Below, one piece after another: positions 38,394 through 50,588 of a stretch of 53,964 bases of DNA (position 1 is the stretch's first letter; each line of letters begins with the position of its first letter). The DNA is from Bigelowiella natans CCMP2755 (taxonomy: Eukaryota; Protista; Cercozoa): assembly GCA_000320545.1 (NCBI GenBank), contig ADNK01001075.1, positions 1 through 53,964 of the forward strand. Direction: 5' to 3'. Under the pieces are notes generated by a model that was not told the origin of the DNA, made no database searches, and was given only the letters and a program-made list of their open reading frames with translations. A program made the position numbers and the translations under genes.

Positions 38394-39953
38394 TACCGAT
38401 GTCGGGGTGGACACTGGGGTACTGTTTGTAGGCGAAATCGTGGGAGAAGTCGTAGGAATTGCCTGAAAGCGGCAAGCAATTCAACGCGAATTGCGCGACG
38501 ATGGAATTATGCATACAATGATGACGATATGGCAGAGGTGAAAGCACGCGGCAGCAGAACCCACCCCTTTGTTAGACGTTGGACTTTGTGTCGGACCCCT
38601 CGAAGGAGAAGCCTGATATTTAGATACCCATCCAGAAAGAAAGACACCGCATTATCATCATCATCAGCATCAGCATCATCAACAACACGTTCATCATCCT
38701 CACTATCTACGTCATGGATGATTATGCAATCATACTACTATCACCGTGGGTGTTGCACTTGGAGCGCTGGTTGGGGCGTCCGTGACAAACTTCTTATCCG
38801 AAACATCGCCAAGACTAAAAGGATAGCGAAGAGGAAATATCAGCTTTGTTGCTCCGCCTCCTGCTCTCTCCAAATATCGGTGTAAATACTCACTTGTAGA
38901 ACTAAGACTGATATTGAATAACATTCTCAATTGACTTGCACACAACCTGCACTTGTCAAATACCACGTTTGCCACAGTAACTTCGTTGCTAGTCGGATCA
39001 GACGTCTGGTGACAAGAAGAAGAAGAAGAAGAAGACGAAGAAAAGTACAATTAAAGGTGTGCAGCTTCATTTTCATGTGTGCTGGCGGGCAGTGCGTATA
39101 ATCTGATGTATTTCCAGTTGCTAGCACGTCATTCTGATGTTGGGTCGCAAAAAATGTGTGTGCCTTATTGAAATATACCTGAACACCTGTAGTGATACTA
39201 GGGATATCTGGGATGACGTTGAGAAGTAAGGCCTGTGAGTTATCAAGAAACGTAGCATCAATGGCCTCCATCGTAATATCAAACCGAATAAGCGACTCGT
39301 GCTACTCATACGTTAGAGAGGGGTTTTTGCGGTCAAACAAACCTTGTTAAATCCTCGGGTATTGTTGAAGACTGCATTCGTGACCTGGGGGCATGGAGGA
39401 GATCATCAGTAGGATATTCCAGAGGCGTGTTCGTCCCTTCACTTGATTTGTGCAAAAAAGCAGCTGCTGTTGTGCTGTGACTTGTCGAGGTTTTAACACA
39501 GTGAAAAGACTATGCTGCAGTACTACTCACATTCAAAACGACGTGCGACTTGTATGAGTTGATAAGTGCTTGAGAATGGAATTCCTCGGTTTGCACCCCT
39601 GTATTAGCAACGATTACACCGGGGGATTATCACCGCGAAATGAAACAATCCAAATGGGAAATTTAAGGTTGAAAGAAGCGAGAGGAGAACAGCGTTGTTA
39701 CAGTGACCAGAGAGGGACATCATGCCCTTTGAACAACACATTATACTATTCATACCAAGCTTGTCTATCCGCGTACAGTAGGTCTCGCTTGCGTAGCATA
39801 TCTGGAGTTACACTTGGCGTCAGCATGAATCATCACAATTGATTCTGGTCGCACTATCGTGTTCATCAGTCGCAACTTATCAGTGCTTGAGTTTTGTATG
39901 TTAATTATCATAATAGTCCCGTTTGTTGCCCTACTCATCAGTCACCATCCGCA

Positions 39954-39998
<45 letters not shown>

Positions 39999-41096
39999 CG
40001 GCTGCAATCGCAACGTGAAGCGTTAGGAAAAGTCCCCACAGCGAAGTCAACATCAGATCCTGTTACATTCTCAAACACCTTGAATGGGGAAAAACAATAA
40101 AACAAAATACCAGGTTAAAACGGAAGATTTTGTGTGTCGCAGTGGCATGATGGTTCGCTCTCACAACAATCAGGAGGCTTGCTTGCACCTCACCGTATCA
40201 ACAATCGTAACAGTCACGTTTGGAGCAGTGATGCGGATGAAGTCCTCCATGATATATAAGTTATGGACCAGCGAGTTTCGGATCTGAGGTTAACAGTTTG
40301 TTGCGGCATTTTAATACCGATAAACACACGCTCGCGCTTCAATGCCCATCATTTCAGTTTCGCCGATGAATTATTACTGTGAGAGTTGAGAAGGCGGACG
40401 GGATACTGAAGATATTTCTTGCATACGTTCTGCCGTGAACGATCTCAACCTGTCGTTGTTAGATTTAGGTGGTGCTGCACATTATACTGCAAACGGACGG
40501 CTCTCTTCTCCATGGAGAGAGAAAAGATGAAGAACAACATCGAGTCCCAAGAGAAATGTGATCGGTTAATCAGTATGCTATTTGTGAATGATAGGTACGT
40601 ACGTTCTGCAGCACAACTTCAGTCGATATGTTTCTCGTTCCAAAATCAAAGCCGAAGTCCACTCCTTTGATGGTGCTGTACTGAATCTGACGAATATAAG
40701 GACAAATCAGAGATCCGCTCTCAACCCTTCGTCTCGTAAGACATCTTGATGAAGTATATGTCAACAGCGAACTCACAAATATCTGCCCCTCCACATCCAT
40801 TGGCGCGCAGTTATTAATCTCAAAGTCCAGGGTCACCTGCATGCATGCATACATTGTGATGTTATCACCATGTTCAAATCATAGTTAGAGCTCCTATTCC
40901 TCTCCCCCCTCTGCATCGAGCGGATTCTTCCATCTGCGCCTCATCTCCCCTCACCCCTCTATGATCCATGCACTAGCAGGTGTGAGTAGAATTACGTTGA
41001 GAAATCTTATGTCGTAGTTGTGGATCGGTCTGTAACTGTAGTTGTGATTCAATGTCCTCCACGGCACAACTTGTTGTTAAAAAGTAAGACAAACAA

Positions 41097-41132
<36 letters not shown>

Positions 41133-41290
41133 ACATACACGCAAGTGACTTCAAGTTCGCATATTCACAAAATTCACAAATGTACGCGTCGATGACAACT
41201 CTTACTGTCAGATGATTGAAGGGCCGTATTTTCTTCATAACATGAGATTGTAGTATTGCCCTCTCCCTGATAGGTATCAACCAGCATACC

Positions 41291-41322
<32 letters not shown>

Positions 41323-42576
41323 AATGCATCGGTTAGTAGCTACAGCATAACGAGATAGTGAGAATTAAATGCACGCAGGCTAAAGTACACAAAGGGAAGA
41401 AGAAGATGATGATGTACAAAAGCCCATTTTCAACTCAAGGGGAAATACATTAAAATATGCGGCAGAATGACCTGTACGATGTTAACATTATCGTCAACTA
41501 GGCCGACAAAATCCCCTGAATTCGAGGATCCTCCTAAATACGGCAAACAACGTGAGACTGCGACGACACGATTGGGGGAGGTAAAGAAAGATGGTGTGGA
41601 TTAGTAGCCTTTTAATTGAGAAATAGCAAATTCATCGGAGCGAATTCATTATAAGGCACTGCTCAGGCCATAGAAAGCGCGCTTCATCGCAAAAAGGGCG
41701 ACGTACACACACACACACACACACACACATACACATACACATACACATACACATACACGTACGTACTACCGAGTTGGTATCTAGCATTTTGCGAGAGAAC
41801 CCGCAATGACAACGACGGAGCCCTGTATACAGCAGAGAAAGGAAACAAGCAACAATACGTGGTCAGAGAACGCACTAACAGGCATTATTGGTCTGCCATA
41901 TATTATCCTCTAAAGAATAGTAACATCACTCACGAAGTAGTCGGTGTGCTTGTCACTGGGCTTTGCGTGGGACCTTTATAGTGCAATTACAGCAGGATAT
42001 AGACTCTTGACGATGAAGATGAGAAGGAGAATACTAAGTATAGAATAGGAAATAGAAACAAGATACGATGCACAAAGAAGCGACCGGTAGGAGCACTTGT
42101 TGGAACTGATCTGATCTGTAAAGCATTTAGTGAAGATCGATCAGTAGGCTTGTTGAAAGGTTTTAGAAAGGAACGGGAGCTAAAGCCCTTAGCAAAAATC
42201 TAGCAGGCACCCTCACCACCTTGTTTAACAACTGGAATCTTCATCGTCATAATTATCACCATCATCATCATCAGCAGCATCATGACCACCATCAACATCA
42301 TCATCATCATCGTTGTGCCTTTGTTCGCCGTACCGTGAATGTCCATCCAGGATATACAACAGATGCGTCCGTGTACCAAAACAGTGAAAACCAGCCCGTC
42401 CTGAGGAAACAGGAAGATGTGTCAAACAACTCGCGCCTTATGGTCGAATCTCGCCCTGAATCATTTTTTAGCATTACGTGGAGGTTAATGTTTGGGAGGT
42501 TCTATAAGTTCCTGAAGAAGAAATAGCCACCAAACATAGTCAGAGATGCTCTCAAATAAACAGTGAACAGAAGTGC

Positions 42577-42610
<34 letters not shown>

Positions 42611-43172
42611 TCGGCCACACACCTGTGAAAGTTCTGGTTTTCGGGTCAGTTAAACTGAATTGCTGGTTGAAACCTACCAAATAACCATTATCAAAACTTC
42701 ATCAAGCGACTCTGTTTCACATGTTAAGTGTGTGAATAGAGATGATCCAGATGCCCCCCCTTCCCCCCTCCCCCTTCCTTCCCCAGCTTTGCTAAGATAT
42801 GAGGCTGAAGTCATCCGCAAACAACCCTCTATTCACACTCGATAATAGATTTTAAGTTCAACTCACTGTTTTATGCTTTGATAAGATTCTTATCTTTAGC
42901 AATGAGCGGCTATTACGACAGACGACTGAAAATACAAATCGTTATTACTTACCATCGTAGATGTAGAGGAAGTCGTAGTTAGTCTCCACGGAGAAGTAGG
43001 TAAAAATTAGCTGCCAATTCCAACGCAGTATTCCATCAAAATCACAAACAAAATATAAAGGCACACAAGTATTTAGTCAGAAATTTAATTTATACATCAA
43101 AATAGATACATCAACACACACGTTTTATGTATAAATATATTCTGAACACCGAAATCCATGACTTCATGCAGC

Positions 43173-43248
<76 letters not shown>

Positions 43249-44825
43249 AACATATAGCAGCAATGACAGAGGACAAGCACAGCGTACTTGTGCTGCTGAG
43301 ACAATCCAGCGACAATTCAGGTTATTCGAGTAGATGGCGGTGTAGGTGAGCCCATCTACCAGTGTTCAACAAATCAAAGTGGTGATGATAGCGGTATCAC
43401 ACCATTACTTACATACACACAACAGCTAAGGATCGAGGAGGAGGGAAAAAAGAAGATGTAATACCGTTTGATCTAACAAATCCATTGGTGCATTCAGGTT
43501 GCGTTGGAGAGAGAGTGGTTGGAGTGCTCGTAGGACTATACGTGACTGTTGGTGACACCGATCTCAATGGAGGTTCAGCCTAAAAGAAAGCAGCAGCAGC
43601 AAGGTGAAAGAACATGATGAGCATATAAGCAGCAGAGCGAACAAACGACGCGTATTTGTTGCAAGAAGCAAGGATGATGACCGTGAAGGCCCAACCAAGT
43701 TGGACTGGGGTGTAGATTGTAGTTTTTAGCCAATAGACCGTCGCCGTTTGAGAGCTGGATGGAAGAAAGGAACAATGATTCGATGTTGTAAATGGGGAGT
43801 GAAAATTCTAAAATGCTGTTTTTCCTTTTTTTTCGTATCCTCAAGAGTAGATTTTCGAGTAGCAGCAGCACGATTGATGACCTTATGGTGATAGGCCCTG
43901 GAATCGTTTCACCCGTGAAAGAAAATGTGTAGTCGCTTTCAGAGTTACTCACACCTGTCAGAAGTTAAGGAGAAGGATGATGGTGGTGAAGAGACGTACA
44001 TGTGCAAACGGATAGAGTGAATGTGTGTATTATGTGTGTGTATGTTGTACTATATATCACGTAAACACACTTACGATATACCATCTTTGATTCTGATGAA
44101 GTCTGATGTGTCCAGGGAAAAACTACTGAACTGAATCTTAAAACACACGCAACAAAAGCAACACCATTAGGTTTTCAGAAAGAAATCTAAATCTGCCGCA
44201 AGATTTGCATTATTTGTCTTGCCGAAGCTACATTCGCCGTTGCCAATAATACTACCGATGAAGTCTGAATCTCAAACCGGCAGCTCCATGTATTGAACCT
44301 TTCGAAATCAAATCGATAAGAACAAAGCAAGATACAAACGCAAATACTAGGTCAAGATTCTAGGTCAAGACGATTCTATGGAATCGATGTCGTCGTGTTC
44401 GCTATCATCTTGTTCCTGCTGCTCAAATTGCTGAAATTGCATTCTTTATTTGTCCCTACGTCGAGTAGACGGAGCTGTATACGCGTCCCGAGATTGTAAA
44501 CCTTCCAGCACAAGCCGACATTGTTGGCGAGCTCGTTGGACCCGTAGCAGATATTGGGGATGCGGTTGCTACGGGTATGGCCTGAGAAATAATGGTGGAA
44601 GGAGGACAAGAACAAGAACGAAAAGAATTAGAAGAATGCGAATAAGAACACGAAAGACTGTCTATGTGCCTCACACAGAAACGATGTAAAACTACTCTGA
44701 ATTCAGCAAACGACGAAGGCAGCGACAGTAACGTCTCTTCTTTTCCCCACTTTTTCTGTCTTGCTTGCAAGCATGAAACAGTAGTATTGTTCTACAATAC
44801 ATACAATTTATATACATATATACAA

Positions 44826-44857
<32 letters not shown>

Positions 44858-46126
44858 GTTTATATTTTGCACACACCGTGAAATTCCAATATCCCATTGC
44901 AGTTGAAGACGCCATCGTCTTGAAGCGGAAGCTCACATAATTTGTTCTGTAGTCATTATTTATTAAAGATATGTACTTGACAAATCTAATGCTTCCGCAT
45001 CATCCGCATTCGTCCAGGCACGCACGCATGCATGCATCGACTTAAAGAGGAGGGAAGGAGAATATAAGCTAACCGAAACCGTTTCTAAGATACTTGATGC
45101 TACTGTATAATTTCATATCATCAGAATACCGCACTCGAGTGCTTTACAACGTCACCATCATCATTATCATAATTTCTTTAGACTATTTATGGAAATGGAG
45201 GATATTATTACGAAGATCCAAATTGACTCGGAATTGTGCGTCCAGTGAAAGTGTAATCGGCCACTTGGAAATTGAGGGAATACCCTGAGTATTATTCCAA
45301 TGAACACAAGTAGAGCCAATCGCCTTTAAACTGCAGGAAGGATATTCGCTTGCAACAAGTCAGGGACTAGCAGCAATTGCATTAAAATTCCATCTAGATT
45401 CAATCCCCAATTTCAAAGAAGTGCAATACGATAAGAATACCAATAAAAAATGACATTGCAGCAATAGCGGCAATACAAGTACTACTGACACTACAACCTA
45501 GAAATGCTTCAAGAGAGTCTCCAGGATCTAGGTAGAAACTCCTGAATATTATCTGCCCACACACAGTGTAATTCAGATACAGGTGCGAAGGAAGTTTATA
45601 ATGACACCTCCTCCCAAACATCTCCAGCCTGATTGGCTTGCGACAAATCATTTCCATCGATTAGCTAAACACTGCTGCTGCTGCTGCTGCTGGTGGTGGT
45701 GGTGCTGCTACCTGGGAGGCCGAAACAATCCACCTGCAATCCATGCCAGCAGTGTTCACAGAGACGTAATTGTTGCCCGTTCGCTGATATCTGTAGATAG
45801 TTTAAAAATTGTATTAGAAGCTATACCTCTCCCATTCCCTCTCTCAGTGAATAGTTTTTAACTACATTGTGACGTGGAATCGTGAATAGTTCTAGCTGCA
45901 AAGTAAGCTGTCTAAGATATCAGATATTGCGCAGATCTCCCTCCCCGCATCTAGCAGGCACGATTTAGCTGGTGTTATCACGTAAATAGCGTGGCTCGTA
46001 TGCATGACCTACCCAGTTGTGCAGACACCGCTCATCACAGGGCTTTGCGTTGGGAACTGTGTTGGGTCACGTCTGGTTAAATATACAACAACGCCCAAAC
46101 AAGTACAAGAGAAGATAGAAAGAGGA

Positions 46127-46170
<44 letters not shown>

Positions 46171-48628
46171 ATCGTTGGTTGTCTAGTTTCGTAACAATAT
46201 ACGATCAACAACCCGTTGCCTGATTCATCAGGGCACAGGATATACCTGTATGCCTATTATTCTTATTATTCTGATTATGGAATGTAAGCAGGTTACAAAA
46301 GCTAATGTGATACATTTAACTCTATGCAGATGAAACCAGTTGGTCGGCCACAGGCACAGCAACAATTTTCATCGTTGTATTTATCCCAATTGCTCTCATC
46401 GCTTACGTTTGTCCAGATATTAGAGGAGAAGCAGTGGGAGGCGGGCAAAACGTTGATGGAGCCAATGCTAGAAATTATAATATCAATATCACTATATATA
46501 TACATATATATATACATATATATATATATATGTATTCAATACACTTCATCGTCGATCATCTTGAAACCCACTTGTTCTGGTTGAAGGCCCGCAATCCATA
46601 CAGTCTGTTCCCAAGCTGCAAATAGTCGAACAACACGCAAATGGGGGATACAATGAAGACCATAGAAAGGCTTAAATACAGGAAGGATGAGAGCAGGGAC
46701 GAGAGACGTGATAATAGACTGCAGACAATAATACATGAAGTTCCAACACAGTCAGAGTTAATTGTTATCAAATGAAATCCATTCCAACGAAAAATCTATT
46801 GATCTCGCTTGTGCAATCGGTCCCCCGTCACACAAATTGTTACTCTTTTTTATTCAATGTTGTTTAGCTGCAGAGCTCCCAGCTAGATCTTACGATAAAT
46901 TTGAAAGGCCTATTATGCCTCTTTTGTAACGAGAAATAAATTGAAATCCTGTAAACTTGCTTTCGTCTCTATAACCTGCAAATTGTGTAGGTAGATCCTG
47001 GTCCGGAGTCATCGCACACACCGTCGGAAGGATATATACAGGAGTTATCACATACACACCTGATCAAGACAGTATGTTGGAAGCCCTCATCGAGTCATCG
47101 TTTCCAATACCACAAGAGTGTGTAGTGGAACAAATATTGTTATTGTGCTTAATAACTAGTAGCTACTAGCGATGCTGGTGAGTTGACCATCCGGTGCTAA
47201 TTACCCAACAGAGGCACTAGGTGGTGAAGTGGTGGGGCTTGAGCCAGGTGTATAAGGTACAGACGAAGGATATGAAGCAGGCGAGAAGACTGGGCTATAT
47301 GTAGGGTAGTCAAATGTAGGGTAGTCGGTATTTGGTGGTAAAGTGGTGGGGCTTGAGCCAGGTGTATAAGGTACAGACGAAGGATATGAAACAGGCGAGA
47401 AGACTGGGCTATCTGTAGGGTAGTCAAATGTAGGGTAGTCGGTATTTGGTGGTAAAGTGGTGGGGCTTGAGCCAGGTGTATAAGGTACAGACGAAGGATA
47501 TGAAGCAGGCGAGAAGACTGGGCTATATGTAGGGTAGTCAAATGTAGGGTAGTCGGTATTTGGTGGTAAAGTGGTGGGGCTTGAGCCAGGTGTATAAGGT
47601 ACAGACGAAGGATATGAAACAGGCGAGAAGACTGGGCTATATGTAGGGTAGTCAAATGTAGGGTAGTCGGTATTTGGTGGTAAAGTGGTGGGGCTTGAGC
47701 CAGGTGTATAAGGTACAGACGAAGGATATGAAGCAGGCGAGAAGACTGGGCTATATGTAGGGTAGTCAAATGTAGGGTAGTCGGTATTTGGTGGTAAAGT
47801 GGTGGGGCTTGAGCCAGGTGTATAAGGTACAGACGAAGGATATGAAGCAGGCGAGAAGACTGGGCTATATGTAGGGTAGTCAAATGTAGGGTAGTCGGTA
47901 TTTGGTGGTAAAGTGGTGGGGCTTGAGCCAGGTGTATAAGGTACAGACGAAGGATATGAAGCAGGCGAGAAGACTGGGCTATATGTAGGGTAGTCAAATG
48001 TAGGGTAGTCGGTATTTGGTGGTAAAGTGGTGGGGCTTGAGCCAGGTGTATAAGGTACGGACGAAGGATTTGAAGCAGGCGAGAAGACTGGGCTATATGT
48101 TGGGTAGTCGGTCGCCGTGGAATATGGTACTGATGAAGGATTTGTAGCAGGCGAGAAGACTGGGCTATATGTTGGGTAGTCGGTCGCCGTGGAATATGGT
48201 ACTGATGAAGGATTTGTAGCAGGCGAGAAGACTGGGCTATATGTTGGGTAGTCGGTCGCCGTGGAATATGGTACTGATGAAGGATTTGTAGCAGGCGAGA
48301 AGACTGGGCTATATGTTGGGTAGTCGGTCGCCGTGGAATATGGTACTGATGAAGGATTTGTAGCAGGCGAGAAGACTGGGCTATATGTTGGGTAGTCGGT
48401 CGCCGTGGAATATGGTACTGATGAAGGATTTGTAGCAGGCGAGAAGACTGGGCTATATGTTGGGTAGTCGGTCGCCGTGGAATATGGTACTGATGAAGGA
48501 TTTGAAGCGGGCGTGGGGGATAAGCTAGAAGTTGTTGTTGCCGCTATGAATAGCCCTCCATGCATGTAACTCAAAAACAACATGAACACGTAGCATTTCG
48601 AATGCGACCGATCACTGATTAGATTCAT
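17454..48628 (-). CDS. Giant multi-exon cell-surface receptor/adhesin: P/S/T/Y repeats, Cys-rich module, 3x CUB, Pmp-like parallel beta-helix, Cys-rich repeats, multi-pass (probably 7TM) membrane domain
   Basis: All recognisable exons are on the minus strand in a coherent order: N-terminal hydrophobic stretch (CYVFMLFLSYMHGGLFIAA); CDNSCIYPSDGVCDDSGPGSTYTIC|SLGTDCMDCG; CUB motifs (MDCRWIVSA, YSNNLNCRWIV, FTYFSVETNYDFLYIYDG, WYTDASVVYPGW); FENNKALYGGAI, FTSNVGEEWGGAI, FARNKATGGSGGAV; CVDCAAGKYQ, CILCPVGK, CATGYEGVLCSEC; TM exons IYPSLVLQTFQLFNC, CYEGSHLVMVLAVGVPMFIGYVLG, MIRKILIVAIAVFIG, PYDLDMCNNLE. The 3' end is approximate and a split into two genes cannot be excluded. Confidence 0.65.
31837..31922. 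repeat. Perfect 43-bp tandem duplication spanning a splice donor
   Basis: aacagcaaatgcatgattagacacaaagcgaccaacctttact occurs at 31837-31879 and 31880-31922. Confidence 0.95.
33001..33138. repeat. Long intronic (AG)n / polypurine tract, the largest of many intronic microsatellites
   Basis: About 135 nt of almost pure A/G on the + strand. (AT)n, (AC)n, (GAT)n, (AAG)n, (GTT)n and (AGT)n tracts occur in many introns of the window. Confidence 0.95.
42320..45790 (-). other. Three tandem CUB domains separated by Pro/Thr-rich linkers (exons of the giant gene)
   Basis: Repeated C-x-W/F-x-I, F-x-x-F-x-L/V-x-x-x-x-D-x-L/I-x-I-x-DG and FTG-x-x-IP motifs in exons at ~45790-44880, ~44310-43700 and ~43500-42320. 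Confidence 0.7.
47225..48080 (-). repeat. Coding tandem repeat, 114-bp unit (38 aa ASYPSSVPYTPGSSPTTLPPNTDYPTFDYPTYSPVFSP), 7 full copies plus a partial copy
   Basis: Unit spacing is 114 (gcgagaagac at 47281, 47395, ...); copies are near-identical with few substitutions. Confidence 0.95.
48081..48512 (-). repeat. Coding tandem repeat, 72-bp unit (24 aa ATNPSSVPYSTATDYPTYSPVFSP), 6 copies
   Basis: gagaagactgggctatatgttggg recurs every 72 nt (48081, 48153, ...); copies are essentially identical. Confidence 0.95.
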
Positions 48629-50110
48629 TCTCTGAATGGAGAGACTGTTTTTTCCGATTACTGTTGAGGAGAAAACAGAGGAACCCGCTCCCCCACAGCC
48701 CCGTGTCTCTTATTCTCTGGCTTGGTTTTCAAGAAGAGCTAGGTACTCTCTAGCTCCTGGATCTTCCTGGATCTATAAATAATGAAATGATGTGTGGGAG
48801 GGATCAGTAATCTGAACCAGGCTTTTTAGAAGAGAAGGCGTTACGGAGTAATAGTTTTATTCAATATATTTTATTGCTCCAAAATGTCCTGGATTTTAAA
48901 GAAAAATCGCATGTGAAATGTGCCTATGGGAAAGAGAGAGAGCGACGAAGAAAAAATAAAGCCGGCGAGTAAAAAATAGTTGACGCACGAAAATCTCCAA
49001 AGATCTCTGAAAACTAAAAAGGAATGGAGAGGAGAACAATAAAATTGCCTGCAAAAGCGAAATTTGTATTGTGTCTGGCTTTTTAGGAATACTTTTAAGT
49101 ACCCTACTTGGGAGGACAAAAAAGGTGTAGCCGAAATTTTGATTTTTTGATCAAGGTAAAAAATGCTCGACCACTTTAGTCAAACAAGCAATTACATGTA
49201 CACCTTCAAAAACCAATAATCCTGTACACGAAAGAACCCTACTCCGAGAGGGGTGTACTTTGAAAATTGAATGACTTTTATTAAAGCGGGGGAACTAGCT
49301 TTTCAAAGCAGGTAATACACACATTTGTAGTCCCAGAATAGAAAAAGCATGGCATTTGGTTACCTTCTTGCTGATTTTTGCTTGGAAATGTCCACAGATG
49401 AATAGTACTGTGGTTCCAATGAGAGATTGAAATATTAAAGGAGCTACTTTGGCTTTTGAGGTCCGACTGACTTTCAAAGTGAAGTAGGAGAACGATCATG
49501 GGAACTCTCGGTGGTTTTATCACTTGAATTTGCAACGTCTTGAAGCATAATCAATCATATGCCATGCTTTCTGGATAATAAATGCTTCTCGGCAAATATA
49601 TTCAGACTATTGGTGTTTGACTTCGTGTCATTACAAAGGGTGAATACCGAGAAAATATATTAAAATTACGACTAAATCAAATATTATCGACAGAATATAC
49701 ATTGGTTTGTTCCTCTTATCATAAATGGAATAGAAAAATAGTACTAGTCGGTAGAAAGTTAGTAGAAAGAGACTTCGCCATGATCTTGTTACTGTAAAGA
49801 GTCAAATGAATGTGACATCATCTCGGAGAGAGACGCCGGGCATTTATCCCTCAAATGATCTTCATGCTCTATTTCTCAAGTATATTTCCCTCGATTTCGT
49901 ATTTTTTTAATTTTCATCTCGGTGATGTCGTCATGTTCTGAAGATTGGGTCTGTAATCCAGATAAATCTGGATAATATTTTTACCCGGCTTGAACCACGA
50001 GATGTCAGTTCGCCATGGACCGAACTCCTCTATTCGAGTGTTTCACGATTGGACGAAAACGTTGAACCAATTTGTTTGGTAATATTCAGTCTAATATCTG
50101 GCAGAAATAG

Positions 50111-50549
50111 TGTGAGTTAGCTTCTTGCTGAACTCACATATACAACACTTAAGACATTACCACTTCTTCTACCGGCGGTACAGCAACAGCCGCTCGCTTG
50201 CGCGAAGAACAGAAATACGAACATGTAGCGCGTACCACTACGCGGGCACAAGTCACGTGCGACAACAAAGGGGTTGTCGCGGATATAGAATATAGATAAC
50301 GTAGATATTAATACAGCATAGGCACGTGGGTTCCGGCGGGACTCATGGCAGCACACCGGAAGTGTGCTGCCCCACGTGCGGCGGCATTCGCGAAAGCTTC
50401 GCGAATGATTACGCAGTGCACGATTTAATAAAAATATAATCTTTAATAAAAATAAACACAACTCTTCAAAAGGAAGCAAACGTGCCTTTCCCCCCCCCTG
50501 CCTACTTGTGCACGTAGCGCCTCGGCCTGTGAACACCTTACGCGCAACA
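50111..50549 (+). repeat. Putative 5' LTR
   Basis: Begins TGTGAGTT and ends ..GCAACA; CpG-rich; TATA-like tract at ~50283 and AATAAA signals at ~50427-50456; lies just upstream of a TGG-initiated PBS-like motif and gag. No second LTR in the window to confirm the boundaries. Confidence 0.45.
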
Positions 50550-50554
50550 ACCTT

Positions 50555-50572
50555 TGGCTTCCACACACGGGA
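50555..50572 (+). promoter_or_regulatory. PBS-like primer-binding site
   Basis: TGGCTTCCACACACGGGA a few nt after the putative LTR end and ~17 nt before the gag ATG; resembles the complement of a tRNA 3' end (Glu/Asp-like), tRNA not identified. Confidence 0.35.
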
Positions 50573-50588
50573 AACGATTTGACTAACA

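Noticed and set aside
47197-47997. 266-aa alternative-frame ORF (MTTLHIAQSSRLL..) and the CRISPR-like regularity of the array
   Set aside because: Shadow frame of the 114-bp coding repeat. Units are contiguous with no unique spacers, so it is not a CRISPR array.
48850-50110. AT-rich region between the receptor gene start and the LTR as a possible MITE/DNA transposon
   Set aside because: No convincing terminal inverted repeats, target-site duplication or transposase fragment found by eye.
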